DNA from: Candidatus Latescibacterota bacterium
GTDB lineage: Bacteria; Latescibacterota; UBA2968; UBA8231
DNA length: 64,000 nt
NCBI GenBank assembly: GCA_965200315.1
Contig: OZ241362.1
Location: forward strand, 4,192,001 to 4,256,000
Direction of reading: 5' to 3'
Made by a program: the position numbers and the translations under genes. The notes beneath the pieces are model-generated. The model saw only the letters and a list, made by a program, of their open reading frames with translations. It was not told the origin of the DNA and did not search any database. Below are positions 49,866 through 58,649 of this stretch, in pieces (the stretch's first letter is position 1; the number at the start of each line of letters is the position of its first letter).

Positions 49866-51914
49866 TCAGTAGGCCACAGCTACGGTGCCCGCGGCTGCTG
49901 AAATGCCCTTGTCGGTGGTTAGATCGACTTGGTAGAGGTACACGCCTGGGGCGACTAAGTCTCCCCCGGCGCGACGGCCATCCCAAACCGCGGCAAAACT
50001 GCCGCTGACGGCTGGCGTGGAGATTACCTCGCGCACCAACCGGCCGGACAGGTCGAAAATCCGTAGCGCGATTTGGCGCGGCGCGCCGATATTGCGCAGA
50101 TCGTATGAAATCATGGTCTGATCGTTGATCCCGTCGCCATTGGGCGTCAGCGTCGTGGGGTGCGCGGTGACCTTCCGCACGAGTTCGCCGCCGACGGGCG
50201 TACGCACCGAGAGGGCGTCGCCGGCAAAGCGGAAAGTCGAGTTGCCGGGCCGGACTTGTTGTTTGAGTTCGGGCTCGGTGCTGTCGTACACCCACCCGGT
50301 GAATTCTGCGCCAAAGCGCAGCACCTTGGCGTCGAAGACGACCTCAATGCGGCGCTCGTTGTCGCGCGGCGCGACAAACGGCTCAAAGCTAATGACGATC
50401 CTATCTTCCTCTAATTGGGGCGGAAAGTCGTCGATGATTTCCCGGCCATCGATCGCGACCGAATGCACGGCTTCGGCTGGGACTTGGGTGAAAATTTCCA
50501 GCCGGTCAAAGCCGCGGTCGCCGTCTTCAAGCACGGGCCGCACCACATAGGTGAAGGTCTGCGGCTCGAAGTTTTCAGTCTCAACCGGCCAGATTTCGGC
50601 GATCACGCTTTGGGCCGCGGGGTCTTCGGCAAACAGCAGGGACATTTCGTCGATGCGCGGCGCTTGGTCCCCGTCGGAAAACATGACCACTTCTAGCTGC
50701 AAGTAGCGGCTGGGGCCGGGCGAGAGCAGGGGCGTCCCGTCCTCCCAGCCTGTTGCCTCTGGGTTGCGCCGCCCGGCCGCAAAGTCGTAGGGCGTTGACC
50801 AGAAGCTCCAATTTTCTACGTCGTAGGTCGCTTGGATTTGATTGAACCGACCCACTTGGTACGTGGTGGTGTACTCGTCTTTGGACACCCGCTCAAAGTT
50901 GCCGGTGCTGCCGATTTTCCAAAATAGATTGGGCTGGGGCGTGGTGCCGGTGCGCGAGCGCAACACGAGCCGAGTACCTTGGGGCACCTCGCCCTGCCAG
51001 CGAATTTTGCTCCAAGCCACCGGACGGCCGAAGTCTAGCACGCCCGTGCGATAGGAGGTCTTGGTGACAAAGCCCTCGCCGTACACCTCCATTTCGGCGA
51101 TCTCCCAGGTGCGTTCGGGATTGATCGGGCGAATGCCGACCCAGCGCAAGTCGCGCGTGGGAAAGCGCAAATCCACGACGTAGTCGAGGTTTTCAACGTT
51201 GCGCTCTAGGATGTCGAATTCCGGGTCATTGGTCGAGGTGAGCGAGCGGTTGATGTCATGGTACCAGCGCTTGCCCGGTGCTTTCTCTTGGGGCGAGGAT
51301 ATAAAAGGCGCGGTGTTGTCGGCTACGCCGATTTCGTACCAAGCCAAGTAGTTTTCCTCAAAGCCCGGGCGCGGATAAAAGCGGATGCGGTTGACTGGCA
51401 TCTCGGCTCCCAAATTGACGACCGTGTTTTTCACGTAGCCGATATTGAGGCCAGCTAGGCGCGGCGAGATATCGACTTGGCGCAAGGTCGCCGTTTCCGG
51501 GTCGCCATCGATCATCACTTGGACCTCTTTGGCCGCCTCGCGGGTATAGCCGGTGGAGACACTCGTGAAGAGGTTGCCGCCGCGCGGAGTCAAGTTCACG
51601 TCTAGCGCGAGATTGACGGACGGATCAACCCATATGGGCCGGATGGCGTTGTCATCGTAGGCGATCATGGTATCGACGCCCGCTTCCTCCGCACCGATGG
51701 CGATGGGAAGCGTACCCAAGACCGCGCCTTGGTCGTCGACGATGGTGTACTCGGTCTGCTCATCAGTGATCAGCCCCTGCCAAGAAGTACCCGTCGGGCC
51801 GCCGATGTGGAACTCGGCCCGGCCCCACACCGCGCTGGTACACCAAGCCGCGAGCACTACGTTTAACAACATTCGCTTTAACACGATCTTTTCTCCGTCA
51901 TTACGCCCCATCAC
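49866..51914 (-). CDS. Secreted protein with discoidin-like domain and TPNGDG/FlgD-Ig C-terminal domain
   Basis: IDGDPET, LTPNGDGIND, IFDLSGRLVR, WDGR...APGVYLY. Start may be 51872. Confidence 0.7.
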   Translation of the reverse strand: MMGRNDGEKIVLKRMLLNVVLAAWCTSAVWGRAEFHIGGPTGTSWQGLITDEQTEYTIVDDQGAVLGTLPIAIGAEEAGVDTMIAYDDNAIRPIWVDPSVNLALDVNLTPRGGNLFTSVSTGYTREAAKEVQVMIDGDPETATLRQVDISPRLAGLNIGYVKNTVVNLGAEMPVNRIRFYPRPGFEENYLAWYEIGVADNTAPFISSPQEKAPGKRWYHDINRSLTSTNDPEFDILERNVENLDYVVDLRFPTRDLRWVGIRPINPERTWEIAEMEVYGEGFVTKTSYRTGVLDFGRPVAWSKIRWQGEVPQGTRLVLRSRTGTTPQPNLFWKIGSTGNFERVSKDEYTTTYQVGRFNQIQATYDVENWSFWSTPYDFAAGRRNPEATGWEDGTPLLSPGPSRYLQLEVVMFSDGDQAPRIDEMSLLFAEDPAAQSVIAEIWPVETENFEPQTFTYVVRPVLEDGDRGFDRLEIFTQVPAEAVHSVAIDGREIIDDFPPQLEEDRIVISFEPFVAPRDNERRIEVVFDAKVLRFGAEFTGWVYDSTEPELKQQVRPGNSTFRFAGDALSVRTPVGGELVRKVTAHPTTLTPNGDGINDQTMISYDLRNIGAPRQIALRIFDLSGRLVREVISTPAVSGSFAAVWDGRRAGGDLVAPGVYLYQVDLTTDKGISAAAGTVAVAY

Positions 51915-51961
51915 ACGCGGTGAGGGGAGAAATCATGGAAATCACACAAATCCCATAAATC

Positions 51962-54028
51962 CTAGTACGCCACGCCGACGGTGCGCGTGCTGGCGCTAGC
52001 GCGCGCATCGCCTGCGATGTTGAGTTGGATTAGATAGAGGCCAGGAGTCACGTTCTCACCCTGATCATCGGTCCCGTCCCATTGCAATTGGGGCAAGTTT
52101 TCCGAGCTGTACACGCCGCTCTGTCCTTCGATGTCGAAGAGGCGGCGCACCCGGCGTCCCCCTAGGTCGTAAATATTGACCACAATTTGCCCGCCGTCGA
52201 CTGCGAGGACCTCGCATTCCATGTTTAAGATGTCGTTGATTCCGTCGCCATTGGGCGTGATAACGGACGCGGCGAGGTCAAAGCTACCCACGAGGCTGCC
52301 GCTATTGACGGCTGGACTCAAGACGGTAGTGTCCGACTTAAACGAGATGTCGCCTTCGTCTAGTGAGGTGGCATCGCCGGCTTGGACGCTCTGAAAGGCA
52401 TCTTCTTCCAGCAACAATCCCCGGCCCTCAAAGGCCGTGCTGTACGAGAGGATGCGGCTGACGAAGTGGATCTTCAACACGGTGTTGTGCGCGGCCACCC
52501 GCGGGAAGCGCACCGCAAAGCTGCGCTCCGAGATCGCGGTGATGGCCACGTCGCCCTCGTCGACGACTGCGTCTTGCACTGCCAAGTCGTGCGCTAGCAG
52601 GAACTCGCCTTGCGAGTCGATAATTTCAATGCGCTCGATGCGATCTATGCGGCTGCCGGTGACGAGCTCAAAGCTGTCGAAACCCTGCAAATCCCCGCTG
52701 CCCATCTCGGCGCGCACGGCATAGACAAAGGGAATGTCTGCGGCCGCAGGCACCTCGCGTGGAAAGATCTCGCCGACGAGAACATCGGCCAATGGCGGCG
52801 TTGTGAAGTCAAAGGAAAACTGCCGCAGGATTTTGGCCGATTCTAGGGCGTCGGACTGAAAATCAACCCGGAATTGGAAGTAGCGGCGCGGCCCGGGCGA
52901 GAGAACCAACGCGCCCTCGCTGCCAGTGCCCGCGACCGGATCGTAGGGCGAGGTCCACGGACTCCAATTGGCCAAATCGTCGCGCACGGGACCGCGTTCC
53001 CACACATCGGCGGGGCCTCCTTTAGCCGGCAGATCGAGGTACTCGTCGCGCAAGAGCGGCTGGTCGGGATTATCGACTGAGAAGGAGATTTCCTCAGCGT
53101 CTTGCCGCCCCACTCGCTTGCGAGTATAGGCAAACGGCGACGTGTCGCTGCCGCTGCGGGTGCGGATGTTCATCTGCACGGCGCTCGCCTGCCCAACGGT
53201 CTCCTCCAGCCAGCGCAAGCGTCCCCAATTGGCCGGGGTGCCCATGTCGATGAGCGGCGAAATGTACTGCACGGTGGGGAAGAAGCCCTCGCCAAATACT
53301 TGGAATTTCTCGACCTCAAAGGGGATGGATGAGGTGGCGCGCAGGCGAATGAAGCGCAAAAAGCGCGGCGGGTCGATCTCGATGGTGGCGACCGGATCGG
53401 GGTTGTTGGTCCGCACCGCAAAGCTCTCCCATATGGGATTGCCGGCCTCGGTCAACACTTGGCCGTCGTTGACCTGCAACTCGAAGTTTTTGAGAAAATC
53501 CTCTTGAAAGGGCGTCGATGGCGACGGAAAGACCGTATTGCGCGGGAAGAAGCGGATTTGGTTGACGCCAAAGCGCGCGCCCAAATCGAGCACGAGCAAG
53601 GTGCCCAACACGTCCCGTCCCTTGCGCTCGAAGGCCCCGCCAGAGGGATCGGGCGACACGATCTGCTCGAGGATGTTTTGTAGCTGGGACTCGGCGAGGT
53701 CGAAAACGGTCGGGGCGCGGATGCTGCCGCCGCGCTCGGCGATTTCAGCGGCGAGGTTTTGGCCTTCCTGCACCCGGCGGGGGAGGATGCTGCTGGGAAA
53801 ATCCGCGCTAGAAAAATCGACGAGATTGACTGGTGCGACGCCGATTTCGGTGATGTTGGGATCTAGGGTGGAGCGGTACTCCGGCTCGATGGTTTGCACC
53901 GCAGCCCCGGCCTCCACTTCCCCCCTCCAGCTAATCTGGCCGTCTTGGCCGATGAGCAATACTTGACGCCCTTGCGAATCGCTGCTGTGCAAAAGCATCA
54001 TTGCACCTATGAGAAGCAAGTGCTTCAT
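51962..54028 (-). CDS. Secreted protein with TPNGDG/FlgD-Ig C-terminal domain
   Basis: ITPNGDGIND, IYDLGGRRVR, WDGTD...TPGLYL. Paralogous to its neighbour (RTRSG..SPGP.RYFQ). Confidence 0.7.
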   Translation of the reverse strand: MKHLLLIGAMMLLHSSDSQGRQVLLIGQDGQISWRGEVEAGAAVQTIEPEYRSTLDPNITEIGVAPVNLVDFSSADFPSSILPRRVQEGQNLAAEIAERGGSIRAPTVFDLAESQLQNILEQIVSPDPSGGAFERKGRDVLGTLLVLDLGARFGVNQIRFFPRNTVFPSPSTPFQEDFLKNFELQVNDGQVLTEAGNPIWESFAVRTNNPDPVATIEIDPPRFLRFIRLRATSSIPFEVEKFQVFGEGFFPTVQYISPLIDMGTPANWGRLRWLEETVGQASAVQMNIRTRSGSDTSPFAYTRKRVGRQDAEEISFSVDNPDQPLLRDEYLDLPAKGGPADVWERGPVRDDLANWSPWTSPYDPVAGTGSEGALVLSPGPRRYFQFRVDFQSDALESAKILRQFSFDFTTPPLADVLVGEIFPREVPAAADIPFVYAVRAEMGSGDLQGFDSFELVTGSRIDRIERIEIIDSQGEFLLAHDLAVQDAVVDEGDVAITAISERSFAVRFPRVAAHNTVLKIHFVSRILSYSTAFEGRGLLLEEDAFQSVQAGDATSLDEGDISFKSDTTVLSPAVNSGSLVGSFDLAASVITPNGDGINDILNMECEVLAVDGGQIVVNIYDLGGRRVRRLFDIEGQSGVYSSENLPQLQWDGTDDQGENVTPGLYLIQLNIAGDARASASTRTVGVAY

Positions 54029-55968
54029 AAATTTTCCCCGAGAACTTTTTTCGCCAATGCCTTCTGCTCAGCCTCAACTCGCTGCTGGAGCTGGGCGCGC
54101 TGCCTCGCCCGCTGATAGCGCGTCTGTGCGTCCCGCGCCTCGGCGTCCCGCCCCAACTGACTGTATGCCCTGCTCAAGTGGCCTTGGATCCGCCAATTGT
54201 GAGGCTCTAGTTCGGCAAGGCGCAGCCAATGGGGCAGTGCCTCGCCGGGCCGTTCCTGCTCTAAAAGCACCTTGCCGAGCAGAAGCAGTCCCTCGCGGTG
54301 ATCTGGCGCTAGCGCTAGGACTTGCGAAAGCAGCGGCTCGGCGGCGGCTGGTTCGCCATTGTGTCGCAAGAGTGCGGCGGTTTCCACCCGTGCCTGTACT
54401 CCATAGGTCGGGCTGTCTAGGAGCTGGCTATAGGCTTGCTCGGCGCCTGCGATCCGCCCGCTCGCAGCGTAGGCGCGCGCCAGTTGGTAGCGCACTCGGC
54501 TGCTATCTGGGCTCAACGTTAGCAGCCGCTCGTAGGATTGTATGGCCTCGTCGAGCGCACCGCTCGTTAGCTGTGCATCCCCCAAGCTCCCCAGTAGGTT
54601 CTCCCGTTCGCCGCCTGCGACGAGCTGTTGGTAGATTGTGCGCGCTTGTTGGGGACGCCCCACCGCCATGTAGCGATCGCCGAGTGCTTGCTGCCCGCGC
54701 TCGTCGGCGGGCCAGCGCGCGACGAATGCCCGGCTAATGCCGAGTGCTCGCTCTGGTTTGCCGCTGGCGTCGTAGAGCGCCGCCAAAGCCCGGTACACGT
54801 CCTTGGCGGTGCTGCCCGCGGCCAAGGACTGCTCGTACGCGGCGATTGCCGTAGCCGTCATGCCCAACTCCGCATAGGCGCGGCCTAAATAGCGCTGCTG
54901 CGAGGCTTGCGCTGCGCGGTCCATGGCGGGCGTGCTGGCGTTGACCAATCCCGCGATTAGAACCAATCCCACCACGGCGATCCCCCGCCACGCCCAAGAC
55001 AACTGCGCCAGTTGTCCGACCCCGCTCACCGCAAAGAGCAAGAGCACAGGGACCAGCACCATGCGCGTCTCGGCATGAGCACCGTAGAGCGCGGTTCCGA
55101 CCGCGCCGGTTGCGACAAACAGCAGGGCGAGCAAGGCACCCCGCTCCCGAGTCGCCAAGGCAAAACCCACGCCTAGCAGCGCGAGCGGTAGGACCAAACC
55201 AAAGGGAAACGCGAGCCCCCATTTCCACAACAGGGCCGCTAAGACAGCGGAATCGCCGCGCCCGTGGTACATATCCAGCGCGGGCAAGTGCTCCCCGCCG
55301 CGCACGAGGAAGTCGGGCGAGCCGCCCGCACTCGTGGCCACCCCCAAAAAGTACCACAGCGCGAGCGCACCAGCCGTCCCCAATGCACAGGCCCAACACG
55401 CCCGTTGTCTTTCTCCTATCCACAGCCACCACAGTATGGCTGGCGCGAAGAGCGCGACTTGCGGGGCGGCCAACAAGCAAAGTCCCAGCAAAACTCCGAC
55501 TCCTAGGAAAGCCCTCCCATCGCTCTGCTCGTCAGCCCACAAGAGCGCCGCCAACAGCGAAAGCACCAGAAATACCGCGAGGGCCGGGGGCAGCAAGGAG
55601 CCAGTGAAATAGACGGCTGGCCCGTACAGAGCGGCGCACAAAGCGGCGATGAGTCCCGTGCCCGGCCCCCAGAGGGCGCGGCCGATTAGGGCCAATAGCG
55701 CACAACTGGCCACGCCTAGCAGGACTTGGACGTAGCGAGGTGCCAGCCCGATGGCCACGATGCCGCGCAAAAAGAACGGGTACAAGGGGCTGGCAACCGC
55801 GGCCTTCCCCTCCCCTCTAGCGGCTTCGACATAAGGCATGCTCGCCGCGGTCGGCACCTCCAAGAAGGGGCTTTGCTTGACTTCATCTAGGTAGGTCAGG
55901 CGCGGCCAAAGGGCCACCAGCGCGATGCCGATGACGGCTGCGCCGAAATTGTCGTTGCGCCAGATCAC
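54025..55968 (-). CDS. GT-C (ArnT/PMT-like) membrane glycosyltransferase fused to TPR repeats
   Basis: N-terminal multi-TM region with SPLYPFFL, C-terminal TPR array. Confidence 0.6.
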   Translation of the reverse strand: MIWRNDNFGAAVIGIALVALWPRLTYLDEVKQSPFLEVPTAASMPYVEAARGEGKAAVASPLYPFFLRGIVAIGLAPRYVQVLLGVASCALLALIGRALWGPGTGLIAALCAALYGPAVYFTGSLLPPALAVFLVLSLLAALLWADEQSDGRAFLGVGVLLGLCLLAAPQVALFAPAILWWLWIGERQRACWACALGTAGALALWYFLGVATSAGGSPDFLVRGGEHLPALDMYHGRGDSAVLAALLWKWGLAFPFGLVLPLALLGVGFALATRERGALLALLFVATGAVGTALYGAHAETRMVLVPVLLLFAVSGVGQLAQLSWAWRGIAVVGLVLIAGLVNASTPAMDRAAQASQQRYLGRAYAELGMTATAIAAYEQSLAAGSTAKDVYRALAALYDASGKPERALGISRAFVARWPADERGQQALGDRYMAVGRPQQARTIYQQLVAGGERENLLGSLGDAQLTSGALDEAIQSYERLLTLSPDSSRVRYQLARAYAASGRIAGAEQAYSQLLDSPTYGVQARVETAALLRHNGEPAAAEPLLSQVLALAPDHREGLLLLGKVLLEQERPGEALPHWLRLAELEPHNWRIQGHLSRAYSQLGRDAEARDAQTRYQRARQRAQLQQRVEAEQKALAKKVLGENL

Positions 55969-55971
55969 TCG

Positions 55972-58641
55972 CTATTCCAATCCTGCGTAGATCGTTATAA
56001 AGGTCTGACTCGTGTACCGCGCCTTGACTTCTTTGAAATCTTCGCGCTCGATGCGCAGCCCGGCTAAGGCGTGGAGGCTGTAACCCAAGTACTGAGACTG
56101 ATTGGTAAACTGAAACGCGCCAGTAATGGAGTTGAAGTCGTTGGCATCGACGTCGAAGTCGTTAAAAATCAGGTACTCGACGCCCGCTTGGAGCCGAGTG
56201 GCTCGCAGGACGCGAGTTTCGACGACAGCCGAAAATAGTTCGTAGAGGCTGGTGGAATGCTCTAGGGTGAAGAGGCTGCGCGACTGCTTGCGGAACTCGC
56301 TCTTCCAGCGCGGCTCCAAGCTCAGCCGGCCCAAGGAATAGCGGTAGCTGGCCTTGTTAATTACCCCAAAGAAGAAGTCCTGTTCGTCTAGTTCTAGGGC
56401 CTGCCGGCGGGTTTCGCTCATTAGCTGGCGGAAGCGCACGTAGTTGACCTTGGTCTGTACGCGATAGGAGGCCGACTGCAAGTTGTGGCCCACAAAGAAC
56501 TGGTTGATCCAAGTGTCGCGGGCCAACAAGGGATCTTCGACCTTGGTCAACTCGCCGCCGCGCAGGGTGTTGTCCGGTGCCCACTGCAAGAGGGGGTTGG
56601 GGATGTCGTCCTCTACCAATTTGCTCATTTCAAAGAAGCGCAAGCGCCCAAAGCGCGGGGAGTTGTTGTCGTACGTCACGAGGGCGTAGGTGCTCTTGTT
56701 TTGCTGGTTTGAGGAGATGAGTTCCTCGCGCAGCGCACCGACCATCACCTTGAGTTGCGGCGTCAGGTCGGCACCGCCGTACACATTGTAACCACGATGG
56801 TCGCGGCGGTAGGGGTAGTCTGGCTCTTCGTCGTTTTCGTACTGGTCGATCCAGAAGTTGTTGTTCATGTCCATTCCGAAGAGGAATTCCGGGCGGTCGG
56901 AATGGAAGCGGAGAAAAGGCTCTTCGTAGTCGGGCACGGCATTGGAGCGCACGAAGTTGTCGTTTTGGTTGATGTCAGGTACGAAGTCGTTGTTTTGGTC
57001 CCAGCCTGGGAAGACTTGGGAATCGCCCTGGAGCCAGTCGAAGCGCACGGTGTCGGGAAATCGGTCTTGGTCGTCGTTGTCTTCGACGAGCTCGACGATA
57101 CCTTCGCGCTCGCTGTCGTAGCGGATCTCGCCCGTGCCCGTGGTGACAAAGGTCCGCGTGTTGTAGAGCGGATCCATGCTGTACGCCTCGCCGAAGACAA
57201 AGAAAGGAGCGGCCTTTTTGGATGCGTTCACCATCCAAGCCGGTGCCCGGCGGCGACCGCCGATGCCGGATGCCGTGTGGTGCTCGTCGCGCAGGACGTT
57301 GGGGTACTTGCGGTAGCTTAGGCTCAGGTCGTATTCGGCGTATAGGTCGAAGCCCTTGTAGTCGCGCAGTTCGATGTTGCCGCCGAAGATGTGGGTCGCC
57401 GTCGGCAGGCCGTACTCGAAGCGGACGGTCTGCAAATTGGTGATGTCTTGCACGTTGCCGTCGGCTTGGGCCACGAGCAGTAGCACGGCTTCTCCGTCGC
57501 GGTTGACTTGGCGGTCGGACGTCATCCAGACCTGATAGTCGTTGCCCAGCACCAGCCGGAACTCGACTTTGACGATGTCCTCTTTGGGAAACGAGGCCCG
57601 ATCGACAAAGGCCGGGCTGTCGAAGTCGTAGCTAAGGCGTATTTCCTCCGGGCCATTGGCGGCGATGTAGCCCTGCTGGATAAAGCCGCCCTCGATGACC
57701 GGCTCGAATTGGATGTCTTTGCCGGCATCGACAGTCCCGTCCTCGTAGGTAATTAGCACGTCCGAGCCGGCCTGAAAGAAGGCTGCCCCACCCGTTCCGT
57801 CGCCTGGAGAATCGTCGCGCAGGACGATCTGAATCAGCGACACGGTCTTGTTTTGGGCCACGGTCAAAGCGCCGGAAAACGGGTTGCCCACTAGACGGTC
57901 TGAAAGCGTGTTCGACTGGTGGGCGTTGACCGCGTGCAGGCCCAATTGCAAGGCGTCGCTGAGCTGGTAGGCGAAGCGCCCGCCAAAGAGCGTGGTGTTG
58001 TTGGTGCGGAGTACTTCTTGGTCTTCAGTTGTTGAGCCGCCTGGATTGCTCAAGCGCGAATAGATGAGCGTCCCTTCGTAGCGGTCGGTGGCGAGGTCGA
58101 ACTGTACGCCGTCCATGCGCGGCTTGGAAAAGACCATCGGCGAGATCACCGAGCGCATCTGTGCGCTCGTCGTCAGGGTGTAGAAGTATTGGCCCTTGGC
58201 GTCTGAGGCGATGACCACGTCGGAAAACCACTGTTGGAAGCGATTGGACTTGAGCAGCGAGTTGCCGAACTGCTGGGGCTTGCTCTGCGAGTTGTTGAAG
58301 ATCAGCCAGCCACGGGTGAGGAAATTGCCGTACAGATCGTAAAAGTAGTCGCCTTCGAGGCTAATATCGACGTAGCGCTGATAGGGGTTGCGGGCGTAGT
58401 TGGTGTACTGCCACTGACGCCACTGGTACTCTTTGTAGAGCTCCTGCGGCACGTACCAGCGGCGCACCGCGGGGTCGAGGACGCCGAGCATGACGTCCGG
58501 CCCTTGGGGCGCAAAAGAGGTTTCGTCGCCTTGTTGCAGCCCGAGGCGCGAGCTGTAATCGACTTGGCCGGCCGCCTCTTGGGCTGCTCCGGCAGCGACG
58601 AGTAGCAAAACGAGGCTTATTCTACTAGTAACAGTGTGCAT
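55972..58641 (-). CDS. Large secreted/outer-membrane protein with acidic repeats (paralog B)
   Basis: Colinear with 47246-49858 (RRWYVPQEL, EGDYFYD, PDYEEPFLRF, EPRWKSEF, IYAG). Start MHTVTS at 58641. Confidence 0.6.
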   Translation of the reverse strand: MHTVTSRISLVLLLVAAGAAQEAAGQVDYSSRLGLQQGDETSFAPQGPDVMLGVLDPAVRRWYVPQELYKEYQWRQWQYTNYARNPYQRYVDISLEGDYFYDLYGNFLTRGWLIFNNSQSKPQQFGNSLLKSNRFQQWFSDVVIASDAKGQYFYTLTTSAQMRSVISPMVFSKPRMDGVQFDLATDRYEGTLIYSRLSNPGGSTTEDQEVLRTNNTTLFGGRFAYQLSDALQLGLHAVNAHQSNTLSDRLVGNPFSGALTVAQNKTVSLIQIVLRDDSPGDGTGGAAFFQAGSDVLITYEDGTVDAGKDIQFEPVIEGGFIQQGYIAANGPEEIRLSYDFDSPAFVDRASFPKEDIVKVEFRLVLGNDYQVWMTSDRQVNRDGEAVLLLVAQADGNVQDITNLQTVRFEYGLPTATHIFGGNIELRDYKGFDLYAEYDLSLSYRKYPNVLRDEHHTASGIGGRRRAPAWMVNASKKAAPFFVFGEAYSMDPLYNTRTFVTTGTGEIRYDSEREGIVELVEDNDDQDRFPDTVRFDWLQGDSQVFPGWDQNNDFVPDINQNDNFVRSNAVPDYEEPFLRFHSDRPEFLFGMDMNNNFWIDQYENDEEPDYPYRRDHRGYNVYGGADLTPQLKVMVGALREELISSNQQNKSTYALVTYDNNSPRFGRLRFFEMSKLVEDDIPNPLLQWAPDNTLRGGELTKVEDPLLARDTWINQFFVGHNLQSASYRVQTKVNYVRFRQLMSETRRQALELDEQDFFFGVINKASYRYSLGRLSLEPRWKSEFRKQSRSLFTLEHSTSLYELFSAVVETRVLRATRLQAGVEYLIFNDFDVDANDFNSITGAFQFTNQSQYLGYSLHALAGLRIEREDFKEVKARYTSQTFITIYAGLE

Positions 58642-58649
58642 GGTGCTCC

